Assembly: GCA_047947115.1 (NCBI GenBank) | Contig: CP170459.1 | Location: 3,680,001 to 3,744,000, forward strand | DNA: 64,000 nucleotides | Origin: Verrucomicrobiota bacterium | GTDB lineage: Bacteria; Verrucomicrobiota; Verrucomicrobiia; Limisphaerales; AAA164-E04 | Reading direction: 5' to 3' | Shown: positions 51,759-60,783 of the stretch, piece by piece | How positions within the stretch are numbered: position 1 is the stretch's first letter | How the letters are laid out: every line of letters starts with the position of its first letter | Notes under the pieces: generated by a model | Databases searched by the model: none | Told to the model about the DNA's origin: nothing | The model's input: the letters and a program-made list of their open reading frames with translations, nothing else | Made by a program: the position numbers and the translations under genes

Positions 51759-51786
51759 GTCCTCAAGACAACCTGAGGACTTTTTT
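51759..51786 (+). terminator. Rho-independent terminator
   Basis: GTCCTCA-agacaacc-TGAGGAC-TTTTTT. Confidence 0.8.
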
Positions 51787-51794
51787 GTCCCCAT

Positions 51795-52005
51795 TATCAT
51801 AGAAAGTATAACCAAGTTTGTCCGCATAGAAGTCTCGGGATGCAGACCCCAGTGGAGTTTGCCAAAAATCATTCAAACTAAGCCAAGATTCTTCCTGCGT
51901 TACGGCTACGGCCTCTACTCCGGCAGAATCTTGCTCCACCGCCCCGGCGTGATATGTCCACCCTATCTTCTCACTCAACTTGGGCCAGAAAGTCGACGGC
52001 CGGCA
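51795..52005 (+). mobile_element. IS3-family (IS407-group-like) right-end remnant
   Basis: 51807-51881 encodes YNQVCPHRSLGMQTPVEFAKNHSN* (integrase C-terminus); the terminus CTTCTCACTCAACTTGGGCCAG...GGCA ends at 52005. Confidence 0.75.
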
Positions 52006-52015
52006 GGGGAAACCT

Positions 52016-54961
52016 CTACCGTGTCAGTTCGAGGTTTTGGTTCCAGTTTTGGACGAGAATGGCATCCGGCTGTCGGCTTCGTTCATTGGATGCTGCGTCG
52101 CCTAGCTGCCTTTCGATGTAGAGAAATTGGCCTGTGGCTGGGACATGGGTCATGATGCGTGGGAAATAACGATTCCCGTAAAACATGTTTTTCGGAAGAT
52201 CGATCACTTTTGCAGGCGGTGTGAAGGCCGGCGCGGGTTCTGGCATGAAGTGAGTGCTGTAAAGAATCTGTGCCTCCGGATCGATGTAATAGAGGGTGTT
52301 GCGGCTTGGGTGCCAGAAAGGATGAATGGCCCTGTGGCCCTGGTTGATGACGTAGCGTATGGAAGCGTCGGGAAACCCCACAACACAGACCGAGTCGTCT
52401 TTTCTCTGTTCTCCTGAAACAAAAGCCATCCATTGATTGTCGTGGGATAGAGCAGGATTCCAGACATCGTCCAAATGAGATGAAAAGGGTTGAGGTGACC
52501 GATTCTCACTCTCCATGTCGATGAATGCATGCCTGCCCCAGCGTGGGTAACCCTGAACCAACACGTAGCGTCCGGATTTGGAAACGGCCACGACATGGCC
52601 CGGGGAAAGCAGGGTTTGTTTGTCGGTGTAGTCGGTTCCACCAAAGAATGTCCGCACTCCTTGATCGTCCCAAAGCCGGAAGACAATTTGCTTCTGATTG
52701 AGCCAATGAGGCGATGCCAGCCAATTCATGTTTTGAAACGATCGGATTCTTGAGCTGGTCTGACGAGCAATGTCGTATTGCCAGAAATGCGAAGATAGAT
52801 CTTCGTTGGCACCAAAGAGGATGTGCTTTTGGTCCGGAGAAATGTCCAGTCCACTGATCCATTGTCGATCCAAAGTTCCTTCCAGATAGGATCCTAGTGT
52901 CCCGTCGTCTTGGATCCAGCGTAAACGAAAAGTGGGTTTGGGTTTTTTGAAATGGTAGATGAGGGTGTTTTGGGCTGAAACGGCAAAACCAAAACTAGCT
53001 TTGTCGGTCACTTTAAAGATTTCGCCAGTCCTTGTCAGGGTAGCCAGGTCAAAAGGGAAGGCCCAGAGCCCCATCTTTCTCGCACTCCAGATATAAAACA
53101 GGATGTGACCACTAGGCGCATACACGGGATTATTCAGGTTGTAACCCTTGAGTTGAAGAAGTTCCTTCCGGCCGGTTTCCTCGCTCCAAATGGTGACCGT
53201 ATCAATGGCGTGATGTCGCCTGTGGGTGATGAATATCAGACCACGACCTTCCGGCAATGCATTGGCTTCGTGAAAGTTGTCGTCCTGGTCCGTAGTCGGA
53301 AGGACAAGCTCCGGAGGCTCGTGGCCGTTGATTTGCACCTTGAAAAGGCCCTGATCCCCTGTGTTGAAAATCAACTCTCCGTTGGCACGCCACAGCCCAC
53401 CTCCATGGTTGGGTGCTTCATTGCCATTGATATTGCAGAGAACCGTGCGCTCATGGGTCTCCAGTGAATGAAGGTAGAGTTTGTTTTTGTCCAGGTAAGC
53501 AATACGGTCGCCTTCAGGTGAGATGAAAGGTTCTTGAACAAAGTGATGATTCAATTGAGCCGTGGGACCCACGTGATCCAATGGGTGAACAAGAATTCCT
53601 TTTTGCGTGCGGAGGATCAATCGGTCGGACCGTGGCGTCAATAGAAATTGGGTGAATGGGCTGAGAATGTGATCGCTCTCGGTGAAGTAAATGGGAAGCG
53701 AAAGAGTGGGTTGGGCCTGTGCCTCTTTTTGAGTTGCCGAGGGAGTGTGTGGGCGACTCAACCAGATGACGCAGCAGAGAATGATGCAAGCCAACCCGGC
53801 GATGCTCCAGGGCAAAAGCCCACGCCTTGGCTGGATCGATTGCGGTGTGGATCGATACTCAAAATCAGAGGCATGCTGCCATTGCAAAAGAATATCTTCC
53901 AGATCGATTCGGGCGGCTCCCATATCAGGGAGTCGACGCTGGACATCCCTTCGGAGACATTTTTCCAACAGCCATCTAAGGTTCTTCGGCGTATCGGCGG
54001 GAAGAGCCTCCCAGGGAATCTCCATCTTCAGGATATTGGAAAGGGTTTCCACTGGGTCCTGGCCGGTGAAAAGGATTTTGCCGGTGAGCATTTCAAAAAG
54101 GACACATCCAAAGCTCCAGATGTCGCTTCGTTGATCCAGAGGGCGACCCCGTGCTTGTTCGGGGCTGAGGTAGGGCAAGGTGCCCATGATAATGGCGGTT
54201 TGGGTAAGCAAGGAGGCGGTTTCGTCCTGCTGCATTGAAGTTTCACCCGAAGCTGCAGCCACAGGAAGCCCGTTGAGGTCGGTGATGAGAGCCGAGATCC
54301 CAAAATCCAGCACCTTGATTTCATTCGTTGAATTGATCTTGATGTTGCCTGGTTTGAGGTCCCTGTGAACAATCCCTTTTGCGTGGGCTGCCTCCACGGC
54401 ATGGCTGATGGAAACGGCCATTTTAATGGCTTCATCGAGAGGCAAGGGGCCCTGTTGCAGTCGTTCTGCCAGGGTATGGCCATCAATGTATTCCATAATG
54501 ATGGCATGGTCGCGATCCGAATGCTCCACTCCATAAATGGCGGCGATGTTGGGGTGTTCCAGCGAGGCGAGTATTTCAGCTTCTTGCTGAACTTTGTGCT
54601 GAAATATTTCGTGTTCGGATCCCTTGTCAGGAATCCATTTTATGGCCACCGGGCGTTTAAGGTGGTTGTCGAGTGCCCGAAACACCTTGCCGCTTACCCC
54701 TTCCCCAATCAATTCCTCCAAGGCGTAGTGGGCAATGGTTGCGGGTGCCTCGCATGGTGTTTTGGTCAAGACACCTGCCGGCTCACGGGTCAGAAAAGCC
54801 GACTGAGTGGTATGAGCCTTCAAGAGGGAGAGAAGGGGGCCATGAAGGCCCGGGTGCGATTGCTCCACGGTTTTTAACCACGATTTTCGAGCAGCGCTGC
54901 CCAGAGACATCGCTTGGTCAAAAAACTTCTCCAGCAACGCATGATTCGACTCCTGTGTCAT
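52016..54961 (-). CDS. Hanks-type Ser/Thr protein kinase with TM helix and TolB-like beta-propeller sensor domain
   Basis: IGEGVSGKV, VAIK, HRDLKPGN, DFG, GTLPYLSPEQ, SDIWSFG; TM LLPWSIAGLACIILCCVIWL; ISPEG/ISPDQ/LSHDN propeller repeats. Confidence 0.93.
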   Translation of the reverse strand: MTQESNHALLEKFFDQAMSLGSAARKSWLKTVEQSHPGLHGPLLSLLKAHTTQSAFLTREPAGVLTKTPCEAPATIAHYALEELIGEGVSGKVFRALDNHLKRPVAIKWIPDKGSEHEIFQHKVQQEAEILASLEHPNIAAIYGVEHSDRDHAIIMEYIDGHTLAERLQQGPLPLDEAIKMAVSISHAVEAAHAKGIVHRDLKPGNIKINSTNEIKVLDFGISALITDLNGLPVAAASGETSMQQDETASLLTQTAIIMGTLPYLSPEQARGRPLDQRSDIWSFGCVLFEMLTGKILFTGQDPVETLSNILKMEIPWEALPADTPKNLRWLLEKCLRRDVQRRLPDMGAARIDLEDILLQWQHASDFEYRSTPQSIQPRRGLLPWSIAGLACIILCCVIWLSRPHTPSATQKEAQAQPTLSLPIYFTESDHILSPFTQFLLTPRSDRLILRTQKGILVHPLDHVGPTAQLNHHFVQEPFISPEGDRIAYLDKNKLYLHSLETHERTVLCNINGNEAPNHGGGLWRANGELIFNTGDQGLFKVQINGHEPPELVLPTTDQDDNFHEANALPEGRGLIFITHRRHHAIDTVTIWSEETGRKELLQLKGYNLNNPVYAPSGHILFYIWSARKMGLWAFPFDLATLTRTGEIFKVTDKASFGFAVSAQNTLIYHFKKPKPTFRLRWIQDDGTLGSYLEGTLDRQWISGLDISPDQKHILFGANEDLSSHFWQYDIARQTSSRIRSFQNMNWLASPHWLNQKQIVFRLWDDQGVRTFFGGTDYTDKQTLLSPGHVVAVSKSGRYVLVQGYPRWGRHAFIDMESENRSPQPFSSHLDDVWNPALSHDNQWMAFVSGEQRKDDSVCVVGFPDASIRYVINQGHRAIHPFWHPSRNTLYYIDPEAQILYSTHFMPEPAPAFTPPAKVIDLPKNMFYGNRYFPRIMTHVPATGQFLYIERQLGDAASNERSRQPDAILVQNWNQNLELTR

Positions 54962-54987
54962 GAGGCCATGGTGGAATGTGGGGGTGA

Positions 54988-55515
54988 TTAAAGCCTTCTT
55001 GCCAAGTAGGCCCTGCCAAAAATGACCTTGCGCTGGATGGTCCGCTCAGAGATACCCGTAGCCGTTGCAATTTCCTGATTGTTCATGCCAACGAAAAATC
55101 GCATTTGGATAATCTTTCCTACTTCAGGGTGGTCTTTTTCCAGCTGTTGGAGCGCTTCATGCATCGCAAGAATCTGTGGATCGTCACAGTCTTCGGCCGT
55201 CTGAATTTCTTCAAGCATGTGACTGTCGATGTCTGCCATCGGGGGTTGCCGCGAACGTTTTCTGGCTCGATCTACGAGAATGTTGCGCATAACCACAGAG
55301 GCGTAAGCGAAAAAATGTTCTTTTTCCCGCCACCGGTCTCGGCTCTCGAGACGCAACCAGGCCAAATGAGCTAGATCGGTTGCCTGGATGGATTGGGAGT
55401 GGCCAAACTGTTGCAGTTTGAAGCGGGCCAGCTGTCGAAGCCTCAGATAATCTTCGGGAAGCAATTGCCCAGTTTTTTCAAGAATCTGAAAGGGCTGTTT
55501 TAGCTTTTTTCTCAT
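54988..55515 (-). CDS. ECF sigma factor of the kinase-associated PVC type (TIGR02999-like)
   Basis: YLRLRQLA, SIQATDLAHLAWLRL, HFFAYASVVMRNILVDRAR, MRFFVGM...EIA...ISERTIQR; directly upstream of the kinase. Confidence 0.9.
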   Translation of the reverse strand: MRKKLKQPFQILEKTGQLLPEDYLRLRQLARFKLQQFGHSQSIQATDLAHLAWLRLESRDRWREKEHFFAYASVVMRNILVDRARKRSRQPPMADIDSHMLEEIQTAEDCDDPQILAMHEALQQLEKDHPEVGKIIQMRFFVGMNNQEIATATGISERTIQRKVIFGRAYLARRL

Positions 55516-56031
55516 GTTTCTTATCCCGATACGAGGAGGCACCATCTACACTAACGAGCGAGGAGACCGAAATAATCCGTGTGTTTCCGATAGGCTGGTA
55601 GAATAACTTTGTTTTAAATAATTACCAGTTTGAACTTATGACTTGAATTAATCGGTCAATCACAGACAATCAATACATTCTAAAGATACAGGACCCACAT
55701 TTTACACGTGCGGGAGACTTCAAATTCAAATAAGCAATTATTTCACAGATTTATCATACTCTCATAAACTCAACCTGTGAGACACCCAATGTATCCATCT
55801 GACTCACAGGGCGTCCTTTTCGCCCACTGCTCTCTTCAGAAAAAAAGCCCCTGGTTTGAAGTCCTAACCCGGATATTTCATCAAAATCAGAAATCTCCAA
55901 AACTGGTGTTAGCACCGGTTTGAAAATGCCGTTTTTCACCGGAATGAACATGTCCATGTTTTCGGGGTAAAAAGAACCCGACGACCTTTTGGTGGACATC
56001 GGGTTGTTTGGTTTCAGGATTGCTACGGCTG

Positions 56032-56787
56032 TTAGGATTCTTCGATCTTATCTCGCATGCGGTAGCTTTTCCCCTGGATCGTTATGGTGCGGGAATGATG
56101 CAACACTCGATACAGAATGGCACTGCTCAGGGTGGCGTCGTTGTTGAAGATTTCACTCCATTTCTTATAGGACTTGTTGGTGGTGAAGATGGTGCTGGAT
56201 TTTTCGTAGCGACCGCTGATGACTTGAAAAAGGAGATCGGCTCCCACTTTGTCGATAGGAAGGTATCCAATCTCATCACAGACCAATATCCGTGGCTTGA
56301 GGTATTTGGCCAGTTCCTGTTTTAAGCGATAGGCAGCGTTGGCGGCGGTGAGTTGATTGATGATGTCTACTGCGGTGGTGTAATAGACCCCGTGATCGTT
56401 CAAGCATGCCTGGTAGCCCAGGGAGCATGCCAAATGTGTCTTCCCCAAACCAACTCCCCCCATGAGGATGACGTTGGAATGGTCTTCCAGGAAGCGCAGT
56501 CCAAAGAGGTCTTTGATCGCTTGGGGATTGATTTTCTGCGGCCAGCTGAAGTCAAAGCTTTCCACAGTTTTGATCACCGGAAAACGGGCGGACTTGATCC
56601 GACGTTGGATTTTGTTGTCGGTGCGACGACAGACTTCGCCGCTGATCAATTCGTGAAGGTAATCGTGGTGCGACCATTGTTTGTCGGCTGCTTCTTTGGT
56701 GATGGTTTTAAGGTTTTCTTCGATGTATCGCAGTTTGAGTATTTGGATTTGTTCGAGCAGTTGCTGGGTTTTGTCTTTTTTCTTCAT
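56032..56787 (-). CDS. istB: IS21 helper AAA+ ATPase
   Basis: ARFP..KT.ESFDF, GGVGLGKTHLA, LVCDEIGYLP, RYEKSSTIFTTN, GKSYR. Confidence 0.93.
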   Translation of the reverse strand: MKKKDKTQQLLEQIQILKLRYIEENLKTITKEAADKQWSHHDYLHELISGEVCRRTDNKIQRRIKSARFPVIKTVESFDFSWPQKINPQAIKDLFGLRFLEDHSNVILMGGVGLGKTHLACSLGYQACLNDHGVYYTTAVDIINQLTAANAAYRLKQELAKYLKPRILVCDEIGYLPIDKVGADLLFQVISGRYEKSSTIFTTNKSYKKWSEIFNNDATLSSAILYRVLHHSRTITIQGKSYRMRDKIEES

Positions 56788-56792
56788 GCTGG

Positions 56793-58265
56793 TTATTCGT
56801 TTCCTTCAAACAGATCGTCCTGGTGATAGGTGGTGAGGTCGGGTTCGGGCAGGTCTACTTCCAGGAGATCTTCACGACGGGTAAGGTGCAGCACGCCGGG
56901 TTCGTTTTGTGGACGTTCGCGTTGCTGCAGGATGTTGATGATGTATTGACTGTCGTAGGCCTTGTAGTGGAGCGCATCCTGAATGGCTCGTGCCACCGGT
57001 TTGTTGCCGTGGGTTTCAACCAGGGCAAGGATGCGGCGTACATGCGTGGTGGTCTGGAAACGTCTATGTTTGAGTGATTCGTAGTATTGTGCCGCCTCGG
57101 TGCAGATTTTCAGGAAGTCCACCAGCATCTTTTGGTCCCGGGCGTGACGTCTTTGTTCCAGGAGGGGGCTGATGTGGTCTTCGTTGACAGTGTCATGCCT
57201 TCTTCGATAACTGCGCACATGGGTGGCAACGAGTTGGTTGTTGTGGTAGAGAAGCAGTTCCTGGGGACGCCGCTTGACGGTGATCCGTTGTACGGCCAAT
57301 CGGTAGGGAGCGGTGTAGGTGTTGGTGTCCAGCCGTATGCGGCAGGTGCTCGATACCCGGTAGTCTTCAATAACACCCGTGTCATATGGTTGAGGGGAGA
57401 GCGGGATCAGTTTTTCTTTTGTGTGCAGATCGATGGGAGCTTGCGCGGTTTGTGGGTGTTTGCGCACGTTGGCCACGTTGCGCAACCATTCCATGGCTGC
57501 TGGTTGCACTTGGGCAAAGTCGGTGAAAGTGTGACTGCTGAGAAAGTTCTTTTTGACGTAGCCGACACCGTTTTCCACACGCCCCTTTTGCTGAGGTTGG
57601 CGCACCCAGCAGGCGACGATGCCAAAGCCAAAGTGGTTGGCCATTTCAAGGTAGCGGGGATGAGGCACCGCAGGGCTGCCAACCGGATGTTTGAGGATGG
57701 CCACTTTGCAGTTGTCGACCCAGATTTTCTTGGGGCATCCGCCAAAAAACTCGAAAGCCTGGCAATGAGCTTCCAGGAAGTGTTCCATGGTTTCGGCCAA
57801 TGTGAAATGGACGTACATCATTCGGCTGTAAGCCAGCACCATCACAAAGGATGACAGTTGGCGCATGGTGTCGCCCACCGGGATTTCACCAAAGGTTCCC
57901 CAGTCGACCTGAGCGCATTCTCCCGGTTCGAAGTCCAGCTTGAGTTAGGCCTGCTTTTGAGGAGGACGGATTTGCCGAACATAATCCCTGAGTACAGTGA
58001 TGCCTCGCTGATAACCTTCGTTACGCAATCTCTGGAAAACTTGCTGGGCGCTGTATGGATGCTCGCGCAACCATGCCGCAATGCGTGGTTTGAAGGGGGC
58101 CAGTTTGCTGTTTCTGGGAGCGGTTGCACGTGGGTGGTATTTTGCACGTTTGATCCATCGGCGCACCGTACGTCGATCGCATCCGATCTTTTTGGCGATT
58201 TGCGATGGCTTGAGCCCATTTGCCTTGAGGTGGTGGATCTCGCTCCAGAGGAAGAAATCAATCAT
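56793..58265 (-). pseudogene. istA: IS21 transposase (about 490 aa) with an in-frame TAA
   Basis: HTH ORF 58265-57945 continues in frame past TAA 57947-57945 (QKQA*LKLDFEPGECAQVDWG) into ORF 57878-56793 (VLAYSR, VDNCK, KGRVE). Confidence 0.9.
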
Positions 58266-58653
58266 TCAATCCCTCCTTTCCACTCATGGCCTGCTCGAAC
58301 AACTGAGCGATGCTCAACGCTTTCCCGGAACAGGAACGAGTTGGCACAGGTGCCAGATCCAGGACCTGATACAAGGGTTTTTGATAAGCAATCAGACCAC
58401 GGGCAATCAATTGGGAACGCCCCGATTCCAGTCCATCATGTGAAAGTCCACAGGAACGAACCAAGGCCTTATCTCCGTAATAACTGAGCCCTTGAGCGTC
58501 GGAGACGACGACCAAAAACAAATACAAGGCCATGGCGTTGGGCTAAAGATCGCGCAGGTGGTGATCCCGGACCAGGCGATGGTCCAGCCAACTGAAGTGT
58601 TCAGGAACCCGGCGGAGCCGTTCCGGACGCAGTAGACGTTTGTTTATCCTCAT
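58258..58653 (-). pseudogene. IS21-associated small helical (winged-helix-like) protein with an in-frame TAG
   Basis: MRINKRLLRPERLRRVPEHFSWLDHRLVRDHHLRDL*PNAMALYLFLVVVSDAQGLSYY...LIARGLIAYQKPLYQVLDL; TAG 58545-58543; SD AGAGGA; overlaps the istA start. Confidence 0.75.
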
Positions 58654-59182
58654 TTGAATCCTCTTGATGTTTGGTTAAAGCGCCGGGCAACCGGTTTGTG
58701 GTTCCCAGCACATCCTGCCCCCTTTGTAAGATCTCCCGGGTCTGTTGGCCGATGTCGTCTTGTAACGTGCTTCCGGATATAAGCGATATAAGCCCAACGA
58801 GAAGAGCACGTTGCTCAATCAAGAGATCTTGTAACGCAGGATCAACGATAAGAGCTGCATCCTATTTATTATGTGCAGTTTCCAGAAAGCAGTCGCCTTT
58901 TAACGGTGAACGCCGTTTACGAGGCTTGGTTTGGGCTCGGTAACCAGGGTTTTGCTTGCGCCAATGTTGAACCCGCTTCACATGATTTGGACCTTTCCAG
59001 TAGTCTCTGTTTTCAGGTTTTCGGCTCCACTTACGTTGAGAAGCAGCGCAATGAGCCTTCCGGCATTCGGCCTTGGGACACGTCTTTTGATGCCGAACAT
59101 TACGAAAATCCGGGAAGTAATACTCTTTACATACCTGACACTTGCGTTTGTTGATGCGCTTGCGATGGCGAACCTTACCCAT
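58601..59182 (-). pseudogene. IS21-associated Cys-rich basic protein with an in-frame TAG
   Basis: CQVC...C...C(RK)...SQRKW...PENRDYW.GP..V.RV..WR..NPGY; TAG 58864-58862 continues in frame into ALQDLL...LVGLISLISGSTLQDDI. Confidence 0.72.
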
Positions 59183-59361
59183 GCCGCAAACAAGGGCCAC
59201 GACACTGAAGAAAAAAGAAGAAAATCCAATCCGCTACTGCGGATCAGGGAAGAAAACGGGAAGAAGAGGATTTGCTGATCAAAGTCTGAAGAAAACGGAA
59301 CACCGAAGAAGATACATTTTCAAACCGTTGGAAAATGGACAATTTCAGCTCGCTGCTCATA

Positions 59362-59590
59362 TTTGGCATCGGCTTCACGCATGAGGCCGTATTTTTTTCG
59401 CCACCGGAGGAGAGTTGCTATGGATATTTGTTCTGTCTACAGAACGCCTCCTGGTTCAGGTCGCTACTATCGGCCTCCCGCAACAAGCGGATGATTTCTT
59501 CTGGTTTGTGTCTTTTTTGCTTCATTGTGAGTTGTTTTGTTTATTCAAAACTTCTCACTCGCTTTGGGCCAGTTTTTCAGGCGGCGGCCA
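59362..59590 (-). mobile_element. IS3-family left-end remnant (IRL plus frameshifted OrfA N-terminus), cut by the IS21 element
   Basis: ATG 59525: MKQKRHKPEEIIRLLREAD...FCRQ/QISIATLLRWRKKYG...ADAK. The terminus 59551-59590 resembles 51967-52005. Confidence 0.78.
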
Positions 59591-59665
59591 GTTCTTTTTT
59601 TCTGAAGTTTTTGGCACCCTATCTCGCCGTATTTCGTTTATGTAAGTAATCGGATGAAAAAAAAT

Positions 59666-60637
59666 ATGAAAACAATCGTAAAAAAACCGACCCGCCTTGG
59701 GTTTTTCCTGGCGCTTTATGGTCTACTTTACTGGGGGCTGAGCGCGGCTTCGGCGCAGATGCCAGTCCATGTGAAGCAAAGCCTCGATCGGTTGGTGGGG
59801 CATTGGGAGACGGTGACGCAGCTTGGGGGGCGTCAAATCATTGAACACGCGACCCTCGAATGGAGCGCCGATGAGACCACTCTCTTTTATGAGGGAGAAG
59901 GAGAGAAATTTGCCATCAAAGGGCAAAAAAACCATTTCTCGGGAGTCTTTGGATGGGATGCCAAATCGCAACTGGTTCGGGAGTTTGGCTTTGATAATCA
60001 GGGTGGGACGTTCTTTGCGGATCACTCTATCACGGCCGATTCCTGGTCCGACATAGTGACGGCCACGTCCATTGGGGCGGATGGTCAGACCGTCTCTGAG
60101 GTTTTTAAACGGACTTTTCATTTTGAGTCCGCAGACACCTTTGTTCTGGAATCCAAGAATCGGGTTTTGAGGGGGCAAAAAGGGTTCAAAACGGTATTCA
60201 GAAGAGTTGCTAGTAAGGAGACAGAGGCGACCGATAGCCCCTGTCCCTGGGAGTGGATGTTGGGGCATTGGACGGTCGAGCGGAGTGACGGTTCGTCAGC
60301 CAAAGTTCACTGGGATAAACCAAGATCGAACGTCGACTCGGTAGTGGGTAAATGGTGGGAGTCCGATGGCAATGAGTTTCAAGAGCTTGTCGGGTGGGAG
60401 CCTGACCGAAAACATTTAATAGCCCATGGCTACGGCTTCAAGGGATCCTATTTTAGCGTGCGATTTAACGAAGTAAGCCGCAATGTGATGCGTGGTTTCC
60501 TTCGTAGCCGGGATATGGAAGGGGTTCTTCAAATGTCAGTGGTCCATTTAAATCGGGTTTCCCAAAAAGAGGTTCAGTCCAAAATCATCATGGCTGATGG
60601 CTCCATTGTCTCTGAAACATTCCGTCGATCAAAATGA
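59666..60637 (+). CDS. Secreted protein with two tandem putative beta-barrel (DUF1579-like) domains
   Basis: Signal peptide (..SAASA|Q); repeat 1 LDRLVGHW...FGWDAK...VFRRV; repeat 2 WEWMLGHW...VGWEPD...TFRRS. Confidence 0.75.
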   Translation: MKTIVKKPTRLGFFLALYGLLYWGLSAASAQMPVHVKQSLDRLVGHWETVTQLGGRQIIEHATLEWSADETTLFYEGEGEKFAIKGQKNHFSGVFGWDAKSQLVREFGFDNQGGTFFADHSITADSWSDIVTATSIGADGQTVSEVFKRTFHFESADTFVLESKNRVLRGQKGFKTVFRRVASKETEATDSPCPWEWMLGHWTVERSDGSSAKVHWDKPRSNVDSVVGKWWESDGNEFQELVGWEPDRKHLIAHGYGFKGSYFSVRFNEVSRNVMRGFLRSRDMEGVLQMSVVHLNRVSQKEVQSKIIMADGSIVSETFRRSK

Positions 60638-60783
60638 AGGTTAATCCTTACGGGGTTACCTGGATTTGTCCCTTTTGATAACGCCTTGTTCATTCAGCAA
60701 GAAGGGCATTGTTGCCATCGGAGAGTTAGTTGAAATCGGAGGTTAAGAACGAATTAAAACACACGCAGAAAAAACAGACAGTT

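Larger units (their letters stand above)
55907..59361 (-). mobile_element. IS21-family element (about 3.45 kb) with two extra genes upstream of istA-istB; decayed
   Basis: One end is TGTTAGCACCGGTTTGAAAATG...CACCGGAATGAACATG from 55907. The other end (reverse complement, from 59361) is TATGAGCAGCGAGCTGAAATTGTCC...AACGGTTTGAAAATG. Both have the IS21-type repeated subterminal motif. No clean target duplication. Confidence 0.85.

Noticed and set aside
55754..55999. 81-aa ORF downstream of istB
   Set aside because: It runs across the IS21 terminal repeat into flanking DNA, so it is likely spurious.
2661..58864. Genome-wide TAG recoding or pyrrolysine-type readthrough
   Set aside because: TAG ends oppB, oppF, hisD and hisC at family-typical C-termini. 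The internal TAGs appear to replace different residues, and the affected loci also carry a frameshift or a TAA.
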